Origin: Longimicrobiales bacterium
Lineage (GTDB): Bacteria > Gemmatimonadota > Gemmatimonadetes > Longimicrobiales > Gaopeijiaceae
DNA: 64,000 nt
Direction: 5' to 3'
Assembly: GCA_965203485.1 (NCBI GenBank)
Contig: OZ241892.1
Coordinates: forward strand, 1,824,001-1,888,000
Positions 50,838-59,853 of this stretch are shown in pieces. A model generated the notes under the pieces. It had not been told where the DNA came from and searched no databases. It saw nothing but the letters and a program-made list of their open reading frames with translations. A program made the position numbers and the translations under genes. Numbering within the stretch: the stretch's first letter is position 1; every line of letters begins with the position of its first letter.

Positions 50838-51089
50838 GCGCGCGCCTCCTCGGCCCAAGGACCTCAAGTCGCCGAATCCAAGCCCGGCCGTGCGGCCGGC
50901 CCGGACAAGGTAATGCATCCTGCCGACGATGTAAACATTTGGCTACACTGTCGTTGTCCTATCAAAATAGAAATGTCCGGGGGTAGGCCAAAGCAGAAAT
51001 GTCCCGTCTTGGGGGTGGCCAGTGGGGTCCTTTCGCCTGCGGCGCGGGCGCGTTCGTGGTGACCGCCGGGCACCGGGTGGCGGACGTCC

Positions 51090-51731
51090 CTACAAGCCGC
51101 CCCGCGACGCGAGCACGCCGGTTGCGCCGTCGATGACGAACTGCACGCCGACCACCATCACCAGCAACCCCATGATCCGCACGACCACGTTCAGCGTAGT
51201 CCGTCCCAATGCGCCCAACAGCGTCGGCGCGAGCAGCAGCAGGGGCAACGTCACGCCGCCCACCAGCACCGCCGCAACGTGGACCGAGACGATCTGCACC
51301 GCGTTGGCCGCCTCGCCGGTCAGCGCGATCATCGTCACGATCGTGCCGGGTCCGGACAGCGTCGGCAGGCCCAGCGGAATGATCGCCGTCGTGTTGCGCT
51401 GGGCGGCTTCGTCCTGTTCCTGGCGCGTGGTCTTCAGGCGCGACCGCTTGGCCTGGAGCATGTCCGTGCCGACGCCGAAGAAGATGATCCCGGCGGCGAT
51501 CTGAAACGCCTCGGTGGTGATGCCGAAGAACGTCAGGATCGCCGGACCGGCCGCGCCGAACGCCACCATCACGACGACCGACGCCACAACCCCGATCACG
51601 GCGGTGATGCGCCGGTCCCGGTTGCTGTCCTCCTCCGTGAGCGACACGAAGATCGGCATCGCGCTGACGGGATTGTACACGACCAGCAACGACGTGAACG
51701 CGATGACCGCGAAGGCGAGATCGTCTTGCAT
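51090..51731 (-). CDS. MarC family membrane protein
   Basis: YNPVSAMPIF, FQIAAGIIF, IPLGLPTLSGPGTI, RIMGLL. Confidence 0.92.
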   Translation of the reverse strand: MQDDLAFAVIAFTSLLVVYNPVSAMPIFVSLTEEDSNRDRRITAVIGVVASVVVMVAFGAAGPAILTFFGITTEAFQIAAGIIFFGVGTDMLQAKRSRLKTTRQEQDEAAQRNTTAIIPLGLPTLSGPGTIVTMIALTGEAANAVQIVSVHVAAVLVGGVTLPLLLLAPTLLGALGRTTLNVVVRIMGLLVMVVGVQFVIDGATGVLASRGGL

Positions 51732-51769
51732 GGCGCTCGGGCGGCGCTGCGGCCGCTCCCGGGTTGCGG

Positions 51770-52381
51770 CTAGGCGCCGAAGTTCTCCCCGGCGACTGTC
51801 CAGTTAACCACGTTCCAGAAGGCGGCCACGTAGTCCGGGCGGCGGTTCTGGTACTTCAGATAGTAGGCGTGCTCCCATACGTCCACGCCTACCACCGGGA
51901 TTCGGCCTTCCATCGCCGGCGTGTCCTGGTTGGCCGTCGAAGATACCGCAAGCGAGCCGTCCGGGCCGCGGGAGAGCCACGCCCAGCCCGATCCGAAGCG
52001 CGTGGCGGCCGCCTTCGCGAACTCGCTCTTGAAGTCGTCGAGGCTCCCGAAGGTTCGGTCGATCGCCCCCGCCAGCGCACCCGTGGGCTCGCCCGCTCCG
52101 CCGGGCGCGAGCAACTTCCAGAAGAAGGCGTGGTTGACGCAGCCGCCGCCGTTGTTGCGCACGGCGGTGCGAATCGCGTCCGGGAGCGCGCCGAGATCGC
52201 TCACGAGCTCGCCGGCGGACTTGCCGTGCAGGTCGGGGCGGCCCTCCAGCGCGGCGTTCAGGTTGGCCGTGTAGGCGGCGTGGTGCTTGCCGTGGTGGAT
52301 CTCCATGGTGCGGGCGTCGATGTGCGGCTCGAGCGCGTCGTGAGCGTAGCCCAGGTCGGGAAGCTGGAACGGGTAGGCCAT
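51770..52381 (-). CDS. sodA: Superoxide dismutase, Mn-type signature
   Basis: [43 protein letters not shown]. Confidence 0.95.
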   Translation of the reverse strand: MAYPFQLPDLGYAHDALEPHIDARTMEIHHGKHHAAYTANLNAALEGRPDLHGKSAGELVSDLGALPDAIRTAVRNNGGGCVNHAFFWKLLAPGGAGEPTGALAGAIDRTFGSLDDFKSEFAKAAATRFGSGWAWLSRGPDGSLAVSSTANQDTPAMEGRIPVVGVDVWEHAYYLKYQNRRPDYVAAFWNVVNWTVAGENFGA

Positions 52382-52472
52382 GAGGCGTGCGTCTCCATCT
52401 GGAGGGGGGAAGAACGGGCGAGGGACGGGCCGGCCCCGCGTTAGGTTTGCGGAGCGAGCACGGAGGTGGAAC

Positions 52473-53720
52473 CTGTCGAATTCAGCCCCCCGCCGGCAAG
52501 GCCCCAAGCGCATCCTGCTGGCCGACTGCGACGCCTTCTTCGTGCAGGTCGCGCGCCTGGAGAACCCGGACGGCGCCGGCCGGGAGCCCTTTCTGCTCGT
52601 GGGCGGATCGAGCGCCCGCGGCGTGGTCACTTCGGCGTCGTACCGAGCGCGGGCCAAGGGCGTGCGGTCGGGGATGCCGACGGCCAGGGCGAGGAAGCTG
52701 TGTCCGGAGGCCGTCGTGGTCCCGGTGCCGCGGGCCGCGTGCGTCGAGCGCAGCCGAGCGGTGCGGGGCGTCCTGTCCGAACATGCTCCCGTCGTGCAGC
52801 CTGCCTCCATCGACGAGTTCTACCTCGACATGAGCGGGACCGAGCGGATGCTGGGCGACGAGGAACTGGCGGCCACGGCGGACCGCATCCGGCGGGCGGT
52901 GCGGGCGGGCGCGGGGGTGTCGGTGTCGGTGGGGGGCGGAACGCAGAGGGTCGTCGCCAAGATGGCGGCGGGCGTGGCGAAGCCCGGCGGGGTGCACGTG
53001 GTGCCGCCGGGCGGCGAGGCGGCGTTCATGGCCGGGTTCGACCTCGAGGATCTGCCGGGCGTGGGGCCGGCGTTCGCGGCGCGGCTGGAGCGGCGCGGAC
53101 TGCGCGCGGTGGCGGACGCCGCCGCCGTGGAGCGGGAGTGGCTGGTGCGGTGGTTCGGCGAGCCGCGCGGGCAGTGGCTCTGGGAGCGGGCGCGCGGAAT
53201 CGATCCCAGCGAAGTCGACGCCGCCGAGCGCAGGAAGTCGGTCAGCTCGGAGCGAACGTTCTTCGAGGACGTGCACGACGACGACGAGCTGGAGCGGCGG
53301 TTGCTGGCTCTGTGCTGCTCGGTAGGACGCCAGCTGCGCGCAGGGGACCTCCGGGCCCGCACCGTCACCGTCAAGATTCGCGATCACGACTTCAAGACGC
53401 GCCAAGCAGCCAGCACGCAGCCGGAAGGGGGCGAGACCGACCGCGGCCTCTTCGCGATCGCCGCGTCCCTGTTGCGCGAACTCAGAAGCCGGCGCCGCGC
53501 CGGCGTCCGCCTCGTGGGCGTGGGCGCCACCAACCTCGTGCGCCAATCCGAGGGACGGCAGACGGAAATCTTCCGCCGCGAAGGCGGCCGGGAGTCCGAC
53601 AAGGAACGCGACGCCGCGCGCGCCGCCGACCGAATCCGTTCCCGCTACGGACGGAGCGCGCTGGCTCCCGCCCGGGTCCTGGAGAAGCCGGGCCGCGGCA
53701 ACCGAGGACGGCCGGCCTAG
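52473..53720 (+). CDS. dinB: DNA polymerase IV (start uncertain: CTG 52473 or ATG 52380)
   Basis: [54 protein letters not shown]. Confidence 0.93.
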   Translation: MSNSAPRRQGPKRILLADCDAFFVQVARLENPDGAGREPFLLVGGSSARGVVTSASYRARAKGVRSGMPTARARKLCPEAVVVPVPRAACVERSRAVRGVLSEHAPVVQPASIDEFYLDMSGTERMLGDEELAATADRIRRAVRAGAGVSVSVGGGTQRVVAKMAAGVAKPGGVHVVPPGGEAAFMAGFDLEDLPGVGPAFAARLERRGLRAVADAAAVEREWLVRWFGEPRGQWLWERARGIDPSEVDAAERRKSVSSERTFFEDVHDDDELERRLLALCCSVGRQLRAGDLRARTVTVKIRDHDFKTRQAASTQPEGGETDRGLFAIAASLLRELRSRRRAGVRLVGVGATNLVRQSEGRQTEIFRREGGRESDKERDAARAADRIRSRYGRSALAPARVLEKPGRGNRGRPA

Positions 53721-53724
53721 CGCG

Positions 53725-55458
53725 TCACTCCTTCTCGTTCAGCCACGGCTTGCGCTCGAAGTAGTCGCGCGTCATCTCCACCACCTTCGGCGCCAGCAGG
53801 GCCAACGCGATCAGGTTGGGCCAGATGACGATCGCCAGCAGCACGTCGCCCAAGTCCCACACTGCGTCCAGCGACGCGCGGGCTCCGAGGAAGTGGAACA
53901 GGACGAACAGCACCTTGTACGGCACGATGGCCTTCGCGCCGAACAGGTAGTTCGCGCAACGGTCCCCGTAGTAGCTCCAGGCGATCGCCGTCGATATGCC
54001 GAACAGCAGCACCGAGAGGATGACGATGTAGTGGCCCCAGTCGCCCAGCGGCGAGAGGCCGCGACGGAACGCCGCCATGGTCATGGGCGCGCCGCTTTCG
54101 ACCGCCAGTCCGTGAAGCGCCGCGTGGGTTCGTCCGTCGTCGCCTCGGGCCATGCCCGCCACCGGATCGATCGCGCCGGTGAACGGCTCGGCGTGCTCCG
54201 CGTCCACGAACAGCCGCTCGACCGGCACCTCGTGCCACGACACCTGCGGATCCGCGGGGCCGGTGGCCGCGTGGAGGCCGTCCTCGATGCGGATTTCGGC
54301 GACCGGCGTCACCTCCAGGTAGTTCCCGTCCAGCTGGACCGCCCGGTACGACAAGTCTCCGCCCTCCAACGTGATCTCGGTCTCGAAGCGCGCGTTCCAG
54401 ACGCCCGTCATGACGACCAGGAGACCCGTCAGGGTGCATATCACCAACGTGTCGATGAACGGCTCGAGGAGCGCCACCACGCCCTCGGACACCGGCTCGT
54501 CGGTCTTGGCCGCCGAGTGCGCGATCGGCGCGGACCCCTGGCCGGCCTCGTTGGAGAAGAGGCCGCGCCGCACGCCCCACATGAGCGTCACCAAGAAGGC
54601 GCCGGCCCCGGTTCCGGCCACGCCCGCGGTCGGGTTGAACGCCTCGCTGAAGATCAGCCCGAAGGTGGGAAGGACGTCGCCCGCGTTGAAGATCAGCACC
54701 ACCAGCGCGCCGGTGACGTAGACGACGGCCATCATCGGCGAAAGGATGGCGGTCACGCGCCCGATCCGCTTGATCCCGCCCAGGATCACGGCGCCCACCA
54801 AGCTGGCCGTCACCAGTCCCGTCACCCAAGTGGGGATGCCGAACTGGGTCTCCATGCTGTCGGCCACGGTGTTGGCCTGCACGCCGTTGCCGGTAGCGAA
54901 CGCGGTGAGCCCCAGGACCACGGCGAAGAAGACGGCCATCCACTTCCACCTCGGCCCCAGCCCGCGCTCGATGTAGTACATGGGGCCGCCCGACACCGTG
55001 CCCGCCCTCAACCCCTCGTGCTCGGTCACGCGGTACTTCTGCGCGAGCGTCACCTCGGCGTACTTGGTGGCCATGCCCAGGGCCGCGGTCACCCACATCC
55101 AGAACAAGGCTCCGGGGCCGCCCCAGTGAATCGCCAACGCCACGCCGGCGATGTTGCCGATGCCGACCGTCGCGGACAGGGCCGTCGAAAGCGCCTGGAA
55201 GTGCGTGACGTCGCCTTCGTCGTTCGGGTCGTCGTACTTGCCCGTGGCCACCGCCGCGCCGTGGCGCAGACGCTTGACCTGCACGAAGCCCAGCCGGAGC
55301 GTGAGGTATCCGCCGATCCCCAGCAGCAGAATCACCATGAAGGGGATGTTCTCGCCGCCGATGGAGATTCCGCGCTCGACGACATGTCGTCCGAGGAAGT
55401 CGGTCAGGCGCCCGATTTGGTCGGCGAGGAGGCCGGTGATGCGTCCGTAAAGCTCCAT
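53725..55458 (-). CDS. Alanine/glycine:cation symporter (AGCS family) with a large soluble insertion
   Basis: ATVGIGNIAGVA, GGPGALFWMW, GGPMYYI, RGLFSNEAGQGS, FIDTLVIC, WSYYG. Confidence 0.95.
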   Translation of the reverse strand: MELYGRITGLLADQIGRLTDFLGRHVVERGISIGGENIPFMVILLLGIGGYLTLRLGFVQVKRLRHGAAVATGKYDDPNDEGDVTHFQALSTALSATVGIGNIAGVALAIHWGGPGALFWMWVTAALGMATKYAEVTLAQKYRVTEHEGLRAGTVSGGPMYYIERGLGPRWKWMAVFFAVVLGLTAFATGNGVQANTVADSMETQFGIPTWVTGLVTASLVGAVILGGIKRIGRVTAILSPMMAVVYVTGALVVLIFNAGDVLPTFGLIFSEAFNPTAGVAGTGAGAFLVTLMWGVRRGLFSNEAGQGSAPIAHSAAKTDEPVSEGVVALLEPFIDTLVICTLTGLLVVMTGVWNARFETEITLEGGDLSYRAVQLDGNYLEVTPVAEIRIEDGLHAATGPADPQVSWHEVPVERLFVDAEHAEPFTGAIDPVAGMARGDDGRTHAALHGLAVESGAPMTMAAFRRGLSPLGDWGHYIVILSVLLFGISTAIAWSYYGDRCANYLFGAKAIVPYKVLFVLFHFLGARASLDAVWDLGDVLLAIVIWPNLIALALLAPKVVEMTRDYFERKPWLNEKE

Positions 55459-55815
55459 TGGCCGGGAAGCTCCTTGGGGGTAACGTGCGGCGGGAGGACG
55501 GTTCGGCCGCTGCCCCGGCGGGGCACGGCGCGAGCAACCCGGGGAAGCTACCGCAACCGACCCACTGCGGACAGGCCAGGGACCGGCGGAAACGGAGAGC
55601 GACCCTCGCAACGGACGGGCGGCATCTTCGGGCGGCAACCTGCCTCGGCGCCGTGCCGCGAATCACGAAGGCGCTGTCGCCCCGCGGCGGGCACGGGCGG
55701 GACTTTCGGGCGGAGCCCCGAAACCGCCGTTGGAGTTGGAGCGTAGGATGAGCAGCGGCGCCCGCCTCTTGCCGTGGTCCTTCTCGGCCCTCCCCGGTCC
55801 GCGCCGCCGCCAGTC

Positions 55816-57294
55816 ATGCCGCCGCCTCGCCATCCTGCTCTTCGTCGCCGGCCCCGTTGCCGCATCCGGCCCTCGTCCGCGGGGAAGTCGGCCTGCTCGG
55901 CCGCGCGCCGCGCGGCGGCGTGCGCGCTCGCTCTGGCCGCCTTGGCGACCCCCGCGCCAACGCTCGCCGCCCAAGCGCGGGACCGCGAGAGCGCGCCGGG
56001 CGCCGAGGTCGCGGCGGACCGCATCTGGGGACGCGTCCACACACGCGACGGAGGCGAGTACGAGGGCTTCATCGTATGGCGGGGTCGGGGCGTCGGCGAC
56101 GGCGCCTGGACGGACGTGCTCGAAGGCTTCCGGGAAGTTCCCGGCGGATTCCACGAGGCGTGGTTGTCGGCGACCGAACGGACGCGGCCCGTACGGACGA
56201 TCGAGCTGAAGGGATACCGGATATCGTGGGACGAGGAGGATCCCGAGTTCCCTTCGTCCGCCGCGGCGGGCGTCCGCTTTGGACACGTGGCCGAGGTCGA
56301 GGTGGACGGCGACCGATTCCTGGCGAGGCTCCGTCCCGCCGACGGAGAATCCGAGGCGCCGTCCGTCCGCTTCGGCGTCCCGTCGCGGCGTCGCGCGGCT
56401 CTCCAGGTGTTCGATCGGCACGCGGGCGAACGCGAAGTCCCTTGGCGCGATCTGCGGCGGGCGGAGTTCTTTGCGCCGCCGGCGGGCGTCGTCGCGCCGT
56501 CGCGGCGGCTGCACGGCGCCGTCGAGGACCGCTCCGGGCGGACGTTCACCGGCTACGTGGCCTGGGACTCCGACGAAATCCTGGACTCGGAGGCGCTGGA
56601 CGGCTGGGACGAGGACGGCGACGATCGGGAAATCCCCTTCAAGGACGTGCTCTCGATCGAGCGGGACCTGGGGACGACGCGGGTGGCGCTGGCCTCGGGC
56701 GGCGAGCTGGCCCTGTCGGGCACCAACGACGTCGGCAGGGGCAACCGGGGCGCCAGGGTCTTTGATCCGGCTCTCGGGATGGTGCATGTGGAATGGGACG
56801 AGCTGGCGTCTTTGCGTCTGGAGGCGCCATCCGGGGCGACGGCCGCGTACGAGGACTTCGCGGGAAGCTGGCGGCTCGAGGGCAGGGTGGTGACCGAGCA
56901 GGGCGACACGCTCTCGGGGCTCCTGCGGTGGAACGCCGAGCACGAGTGGTCGTGGGAGCTGCTGAGGGGGACCTCGCGGGGCGTGGGGCTCGCGATCGAG
57001 TTCGGCGCCGTGGCGCGCATCGAACGGAAAGCGGCGGGCGCGGCGGTGACGCTGGCCGACGGAAGGGTCTTCGATCTCGAGGCCCCGGCCGACTTGGACT
57101 GGGAGAGCCGCGGCATCTTCGTGCGCGTGAAGAGCGAACCGGGGGCGGCGCAACGAAAGGGTCGCGCCGAAAGCACGGCCGCGCGCGCGGAAAGCGACCC
57201 GGTCGCGGACGGCGCCGACTGGCTCTACGTGCCCTGGAACGAGTTCCGGGAGGCGCAGTTCGTGGCGCCGGCGCCTGGAGGGGACGAGTCTTGA
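55816..57294 (+). CDS. Exported hypothetical protein with three internal beta-rich repeats (start uncertain)
   Basis: Signal-like ACALALAALATPAPTLAAQ; three GxVxxxxG..xxGxxxW units. Confidence 0.7.
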   Translation: MPPPRHPALRRRPRCRIRPSSAGKSACSAARRAAACALALAALATPAPTLAAQARDRESAPGAEVAADRIWGRVHTRDGGEYEGFIVWRGRGVGDGAWTDVLEGFREVPGGFHEAWLSATERTRPVRTIELKGYRISWDEEDPEFPSSAAAGVRFGHVAEVEVDGDRFLARLRPADGESEAPSVRFGVPSRRRAALQVFDRHAGEREVPWRDLRRAEFFAPPAGVVAPSRRLHGAVEDRSGRTFTGYVAWDSDEILDSEALDGWDEDGDDREIPFKDVLSIERDLGTTRVALASGGELALSGTNDVGRGNRGARVFDPALGMVHVEWDELASLRLEAPSGATAAYEDFAGSWRLEGRVVTEQGDTLSGLLRWNAEHEWSWELLRGTSRGVGLAIEFGAVARIERKAAGAAVTLADGRVFDLEAPADLDWESRGIFVRVKSEPGAAQRKGRAESTAARAESDPVADGADWLYVPWNEFREAQFVAPAPGGDES

Positions 57295-59801
57295 CACGTG
57301 CCGCCCGGCCCAGGCGCCCGCGTTGCGGCCGGCGGCCGTCTCGACCGCTCGCGCGCAACCAGCTCCGGCGCGCGGGAGGCCGCGGCCGGCGGCGCACCCG
57401 AAGTCCGCTCCGCGGGCCAGGCGCCGCGACGGCAACGGCCCTCGCGGCCCTCCTCGCGGCTCCATCTCGTTCCGCCGCCCAAACGGACCCCGCGGCCCCG
57501 GCGTTCGACTCGACCGCGTTTCTCGACCCGGCCGCGCGCCGCCTGCATGCCGCGGCGGCGGCGAACTGGGCCTCGTTGGACGAGTCCGTCGTGCGCTACA
57601 CCGCCCTCGTGGAGCAACGGCTGGCGGCCGCGATCCGCACGCCCCTCAAGGACCGAGTCCTGTACCGAAGCGAGGCCGCCGTCAGAGCGTTCTGGGACCG
57701 CGACCACGATCCCGTCGTGCAGGTGCTCGGCAGCCGCTCGCGATACCCCGGGCGGGACATCGCCATGCGGGAGGGCGACCTCGACTGGCTCGAGGACCTC
57801 CCGTTCGACCGGCCGTTCGAGCCCGGGGGCGACCGGCTCGCGTTCGGCGTCGCCGACGGCGGCGACGAGATGTTCCGCGCGGACGCCGACGACCCGGACG
57901 CGGACCCCGAGAACCCGTTCTGGTTCGCCCATCCGCTGGCGCCCAGGGCCGCCGAGTACTACCAGTTCCGCAGCGGCGACACGCTGACCTTGTCTCTGCC
58001 CGACGGGCGCGCGTTGTCGACGGTGCGGTTGGACGTGCTTCCGCGCGAGGCCGACGTCCACCGAATCGCCGGCGTGCTGTGGATCGAGCCGGAATCGGGA
58101 GCGCTGGTGCGGGCGGTCTACCGGATGAGCCGCAACTTCGACGCGATGCGCGACGTTCCCGAGTTGCAGCGCGAAGACGAAGAGGGCTCCTTCCGCTTCG
58201 TGCCGGGCGTGTTCAAGCCGTGGACGTTCGAACTCGATATGATCGCCGTGAACTACGCGCTGTGGGACTTTCGCGTGTGGTTGCCGCGCAGCATGAGGGT
58301 GGAGGGCGAGGCGGCGGCGGGCATCCTCAAGGTGCCGGTGTCGATGGACGTGGCGTACCGGATGGAATCGGTGACGACGGACGAGGACGAAGCCGCGGAG
58401 GCGGAAGCCGGCAGGACGGAGGCGGAGGCCGGCGCGGCGCGCGAAGCCCGAGGCGGAGAGGGCGGGGCGGGCGAGCCCATGGAGCACGTGCACTTCGCGA
58501 CCCGGGCCGAGGCGTTGCGGTTCATCGGCGAGCTGTTGGCGGAAGACGGCGCCGCCTACGAGCCGCTGGACGATTCCGAAGAAGCCGCGCGGGCCAGAAT
58601 GGCGGTCCTGCTGGCTCCCGCGGATCGCGCGCGCGTGGACGACAGCCCGCATCTCCCACCCCCCATCTGGGACGAGGCGCCCGGCTTCGCGTCGGAGGCC
58701 GAACTCGAGGCGCAGGTGCGGAGCTTGGCGCAGCTGCCGGCCGCTCCGGTCGAGGGAACGGCGTGGTCGGCGGGGCTGGGATGGCTGGGAGGGAGCGGAC
58801 TGCGCTACAACCGGGTCGAAGGACCGGCAGCCGGCGGGGCGGTCGCCGCGGACCTGGGGCGCCGCTTCTCGCTCAAGGCGAACGGGGTGTTCGGGCTGGC
58901 CAACCTGCGGCCCGACGTTCAGGTGGAGTTCGAGCGCTCCACGGCGCTGCGCCGACTGTCGCTGGAGCTGTTCTACGAGTTGCGGGCCACCGACCGAGAG
59001 GGGACCTACCTGGGCCTGGGGAACTCCATGAAGGCCTTCTTTCTGGGCACGGACGAAGGCGACTACTACCGGGCGGCGGGAGCCGCGCTCGCATGGCGTC
59101 CTCCTGCCCTGTCGCGCGAGTCCTTCTCGCTGCGCGTGTTCGGCGAGCGTCATTGGTCGGTCGGGAAGGAGACGAACTTCGCCCTCTTCAAGGCGTTCTC
59201 CGACGGGTGGGCGTTTCGGCCGAACCCGGCGGTGGAGGAGGTCCGCGAGGCAGGCGGCGACTTGCGGCTGGCCCCGTGGTGGGGACGCGATCCGACCGAG
59301 GCGCAAGTGGGGCTGGAAGCGCGGTTGCGCGCGGCCGCGTGGGACGCCGCCGGCCGCGACGGGGCCCCGGGCGACCGCTACGCCGACGCCAGCATGGTCG
59401 TGCGCGCGGCGTTCCCTCTGTCGGGCGGCGAATGGAACGCTTGGAGGCTCGGCGTGGAAGCGGGCGGAGGGACGACTTGGGGCCGGGCGCCGCGGCAACG
59501 CCGCTTCTTCGTTGGAGGACCGCCGACCCTGCGGGGCCACCCGAGAGCCGTCGCGTCGGGAAGATCGTTCCTTCGAGGCCGGCTGGAAGTGGCCCGCACC
59601 TACCACGCGGTCGCTGCCGCCGTCTTCGCGGACGCGGCCTGGGCGGGCGATCGGTCGGGCTTCGACGCGGGCGACTTGCTCTATAGTCTCGGAATTGGCG
59701 CGAGCCTGATGGACGGACTGGTGCGCCTGGACTTTGCCCGCGGACTCAACGGCCCCGATCCGGGGTTCCGGGTGCATCTGACCCTGGATTCGATCCTGTA
59801 G
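57291..59801 (+). CDS. Probable outer-membrane protein with C-terminal beta-barrel
   Basis: TTG overlaps upstream stop; signal-like segment; LRYNRVEG motif, GGPPTLRG, FADAAWAG, SLGIGASLMDGLVRLDFARG. Confidence 0.72.
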   Translation: MTRAARPRRPRCGRRPSRPLARNQLRRAGGRGRRRTRSPLRGPGAATATALAALLAAPSRSAAQTDPAAPAFDSTAFLDPAARRLHAAAAANWASLDESVVRYTALVEQRLAAAIRTPLKDRVLYRSEAAVRAFWDRDHDPVVQVLGSRSRYPGRDIAMREGDLDWLEDLPFDRPFEPGGDRLAFGVADGGDEMFRADADDPDADPENPFWFAHPLAPRAAEYYQFRSGDTLTLSLPDGRALSTVRLDVLPREADVHRIAGVLWIEPESGALVRAVYRMSRNFDAMRDVPELQREDEEGSFRFVPGVFKPWTFELDMIAVNYALWDFRVWLPRSMRVEGEAAAGILKVPVSMDVAYRMESVTTDEDEAAEAEAGRTEAEAGAAREARGGEGGAGEPMEHVHFATRAEALRFIGELLAEDGAAYEPLDDSEEAARARMAVLLAPADRARVDDSPHLPPPIWDEAPGFASEAELEAQVRSLAQLPAAPVEGTAWSAGLGWLGGSGLRYNRVEGPAAGGAVAADLGRRFSLKANGVFGLANLRPDVQVEFERSTALRRLSLELFYELRATDREGTYLGLGNSMKAFFLGTDEGDYYRAAGAALAWRPPALSRESFSLRVFGERHWSVGKETNFALFKAFSDGWAFRPNPAVEEVREAGGDLRLAPWWGRDPTEAQVGLEARLRAAAWDAAGRDGAPGDRYADASMVVRAAFPLSGGEWNAWRLGVEAGGGTTWGRAPRQRRFFVGGPPTLRGHPRAVASGRSFLRGRLEVARTYHAVAAAVFADAAWAGDRSGFDAGDLLYSLGIGASLMDGLVRLDFARGLNGPDPGFRVHLTLDSIL

Positions 59802-59853
59802 GGGAGGCGGGCGCCGCCTGCGCCGGTCCGCCGTCCCGGCGCGCAAGTCGGCG

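Noticed and set aside
55460..55745. Glycine riboswitch upstream of the symporter (also sought before gcvT)
   Set aside because: No GGAGA...CCGAAG...CTCTCAGG pattern on the coding strand; only a 7-bp inverted repeat at 55704-55723
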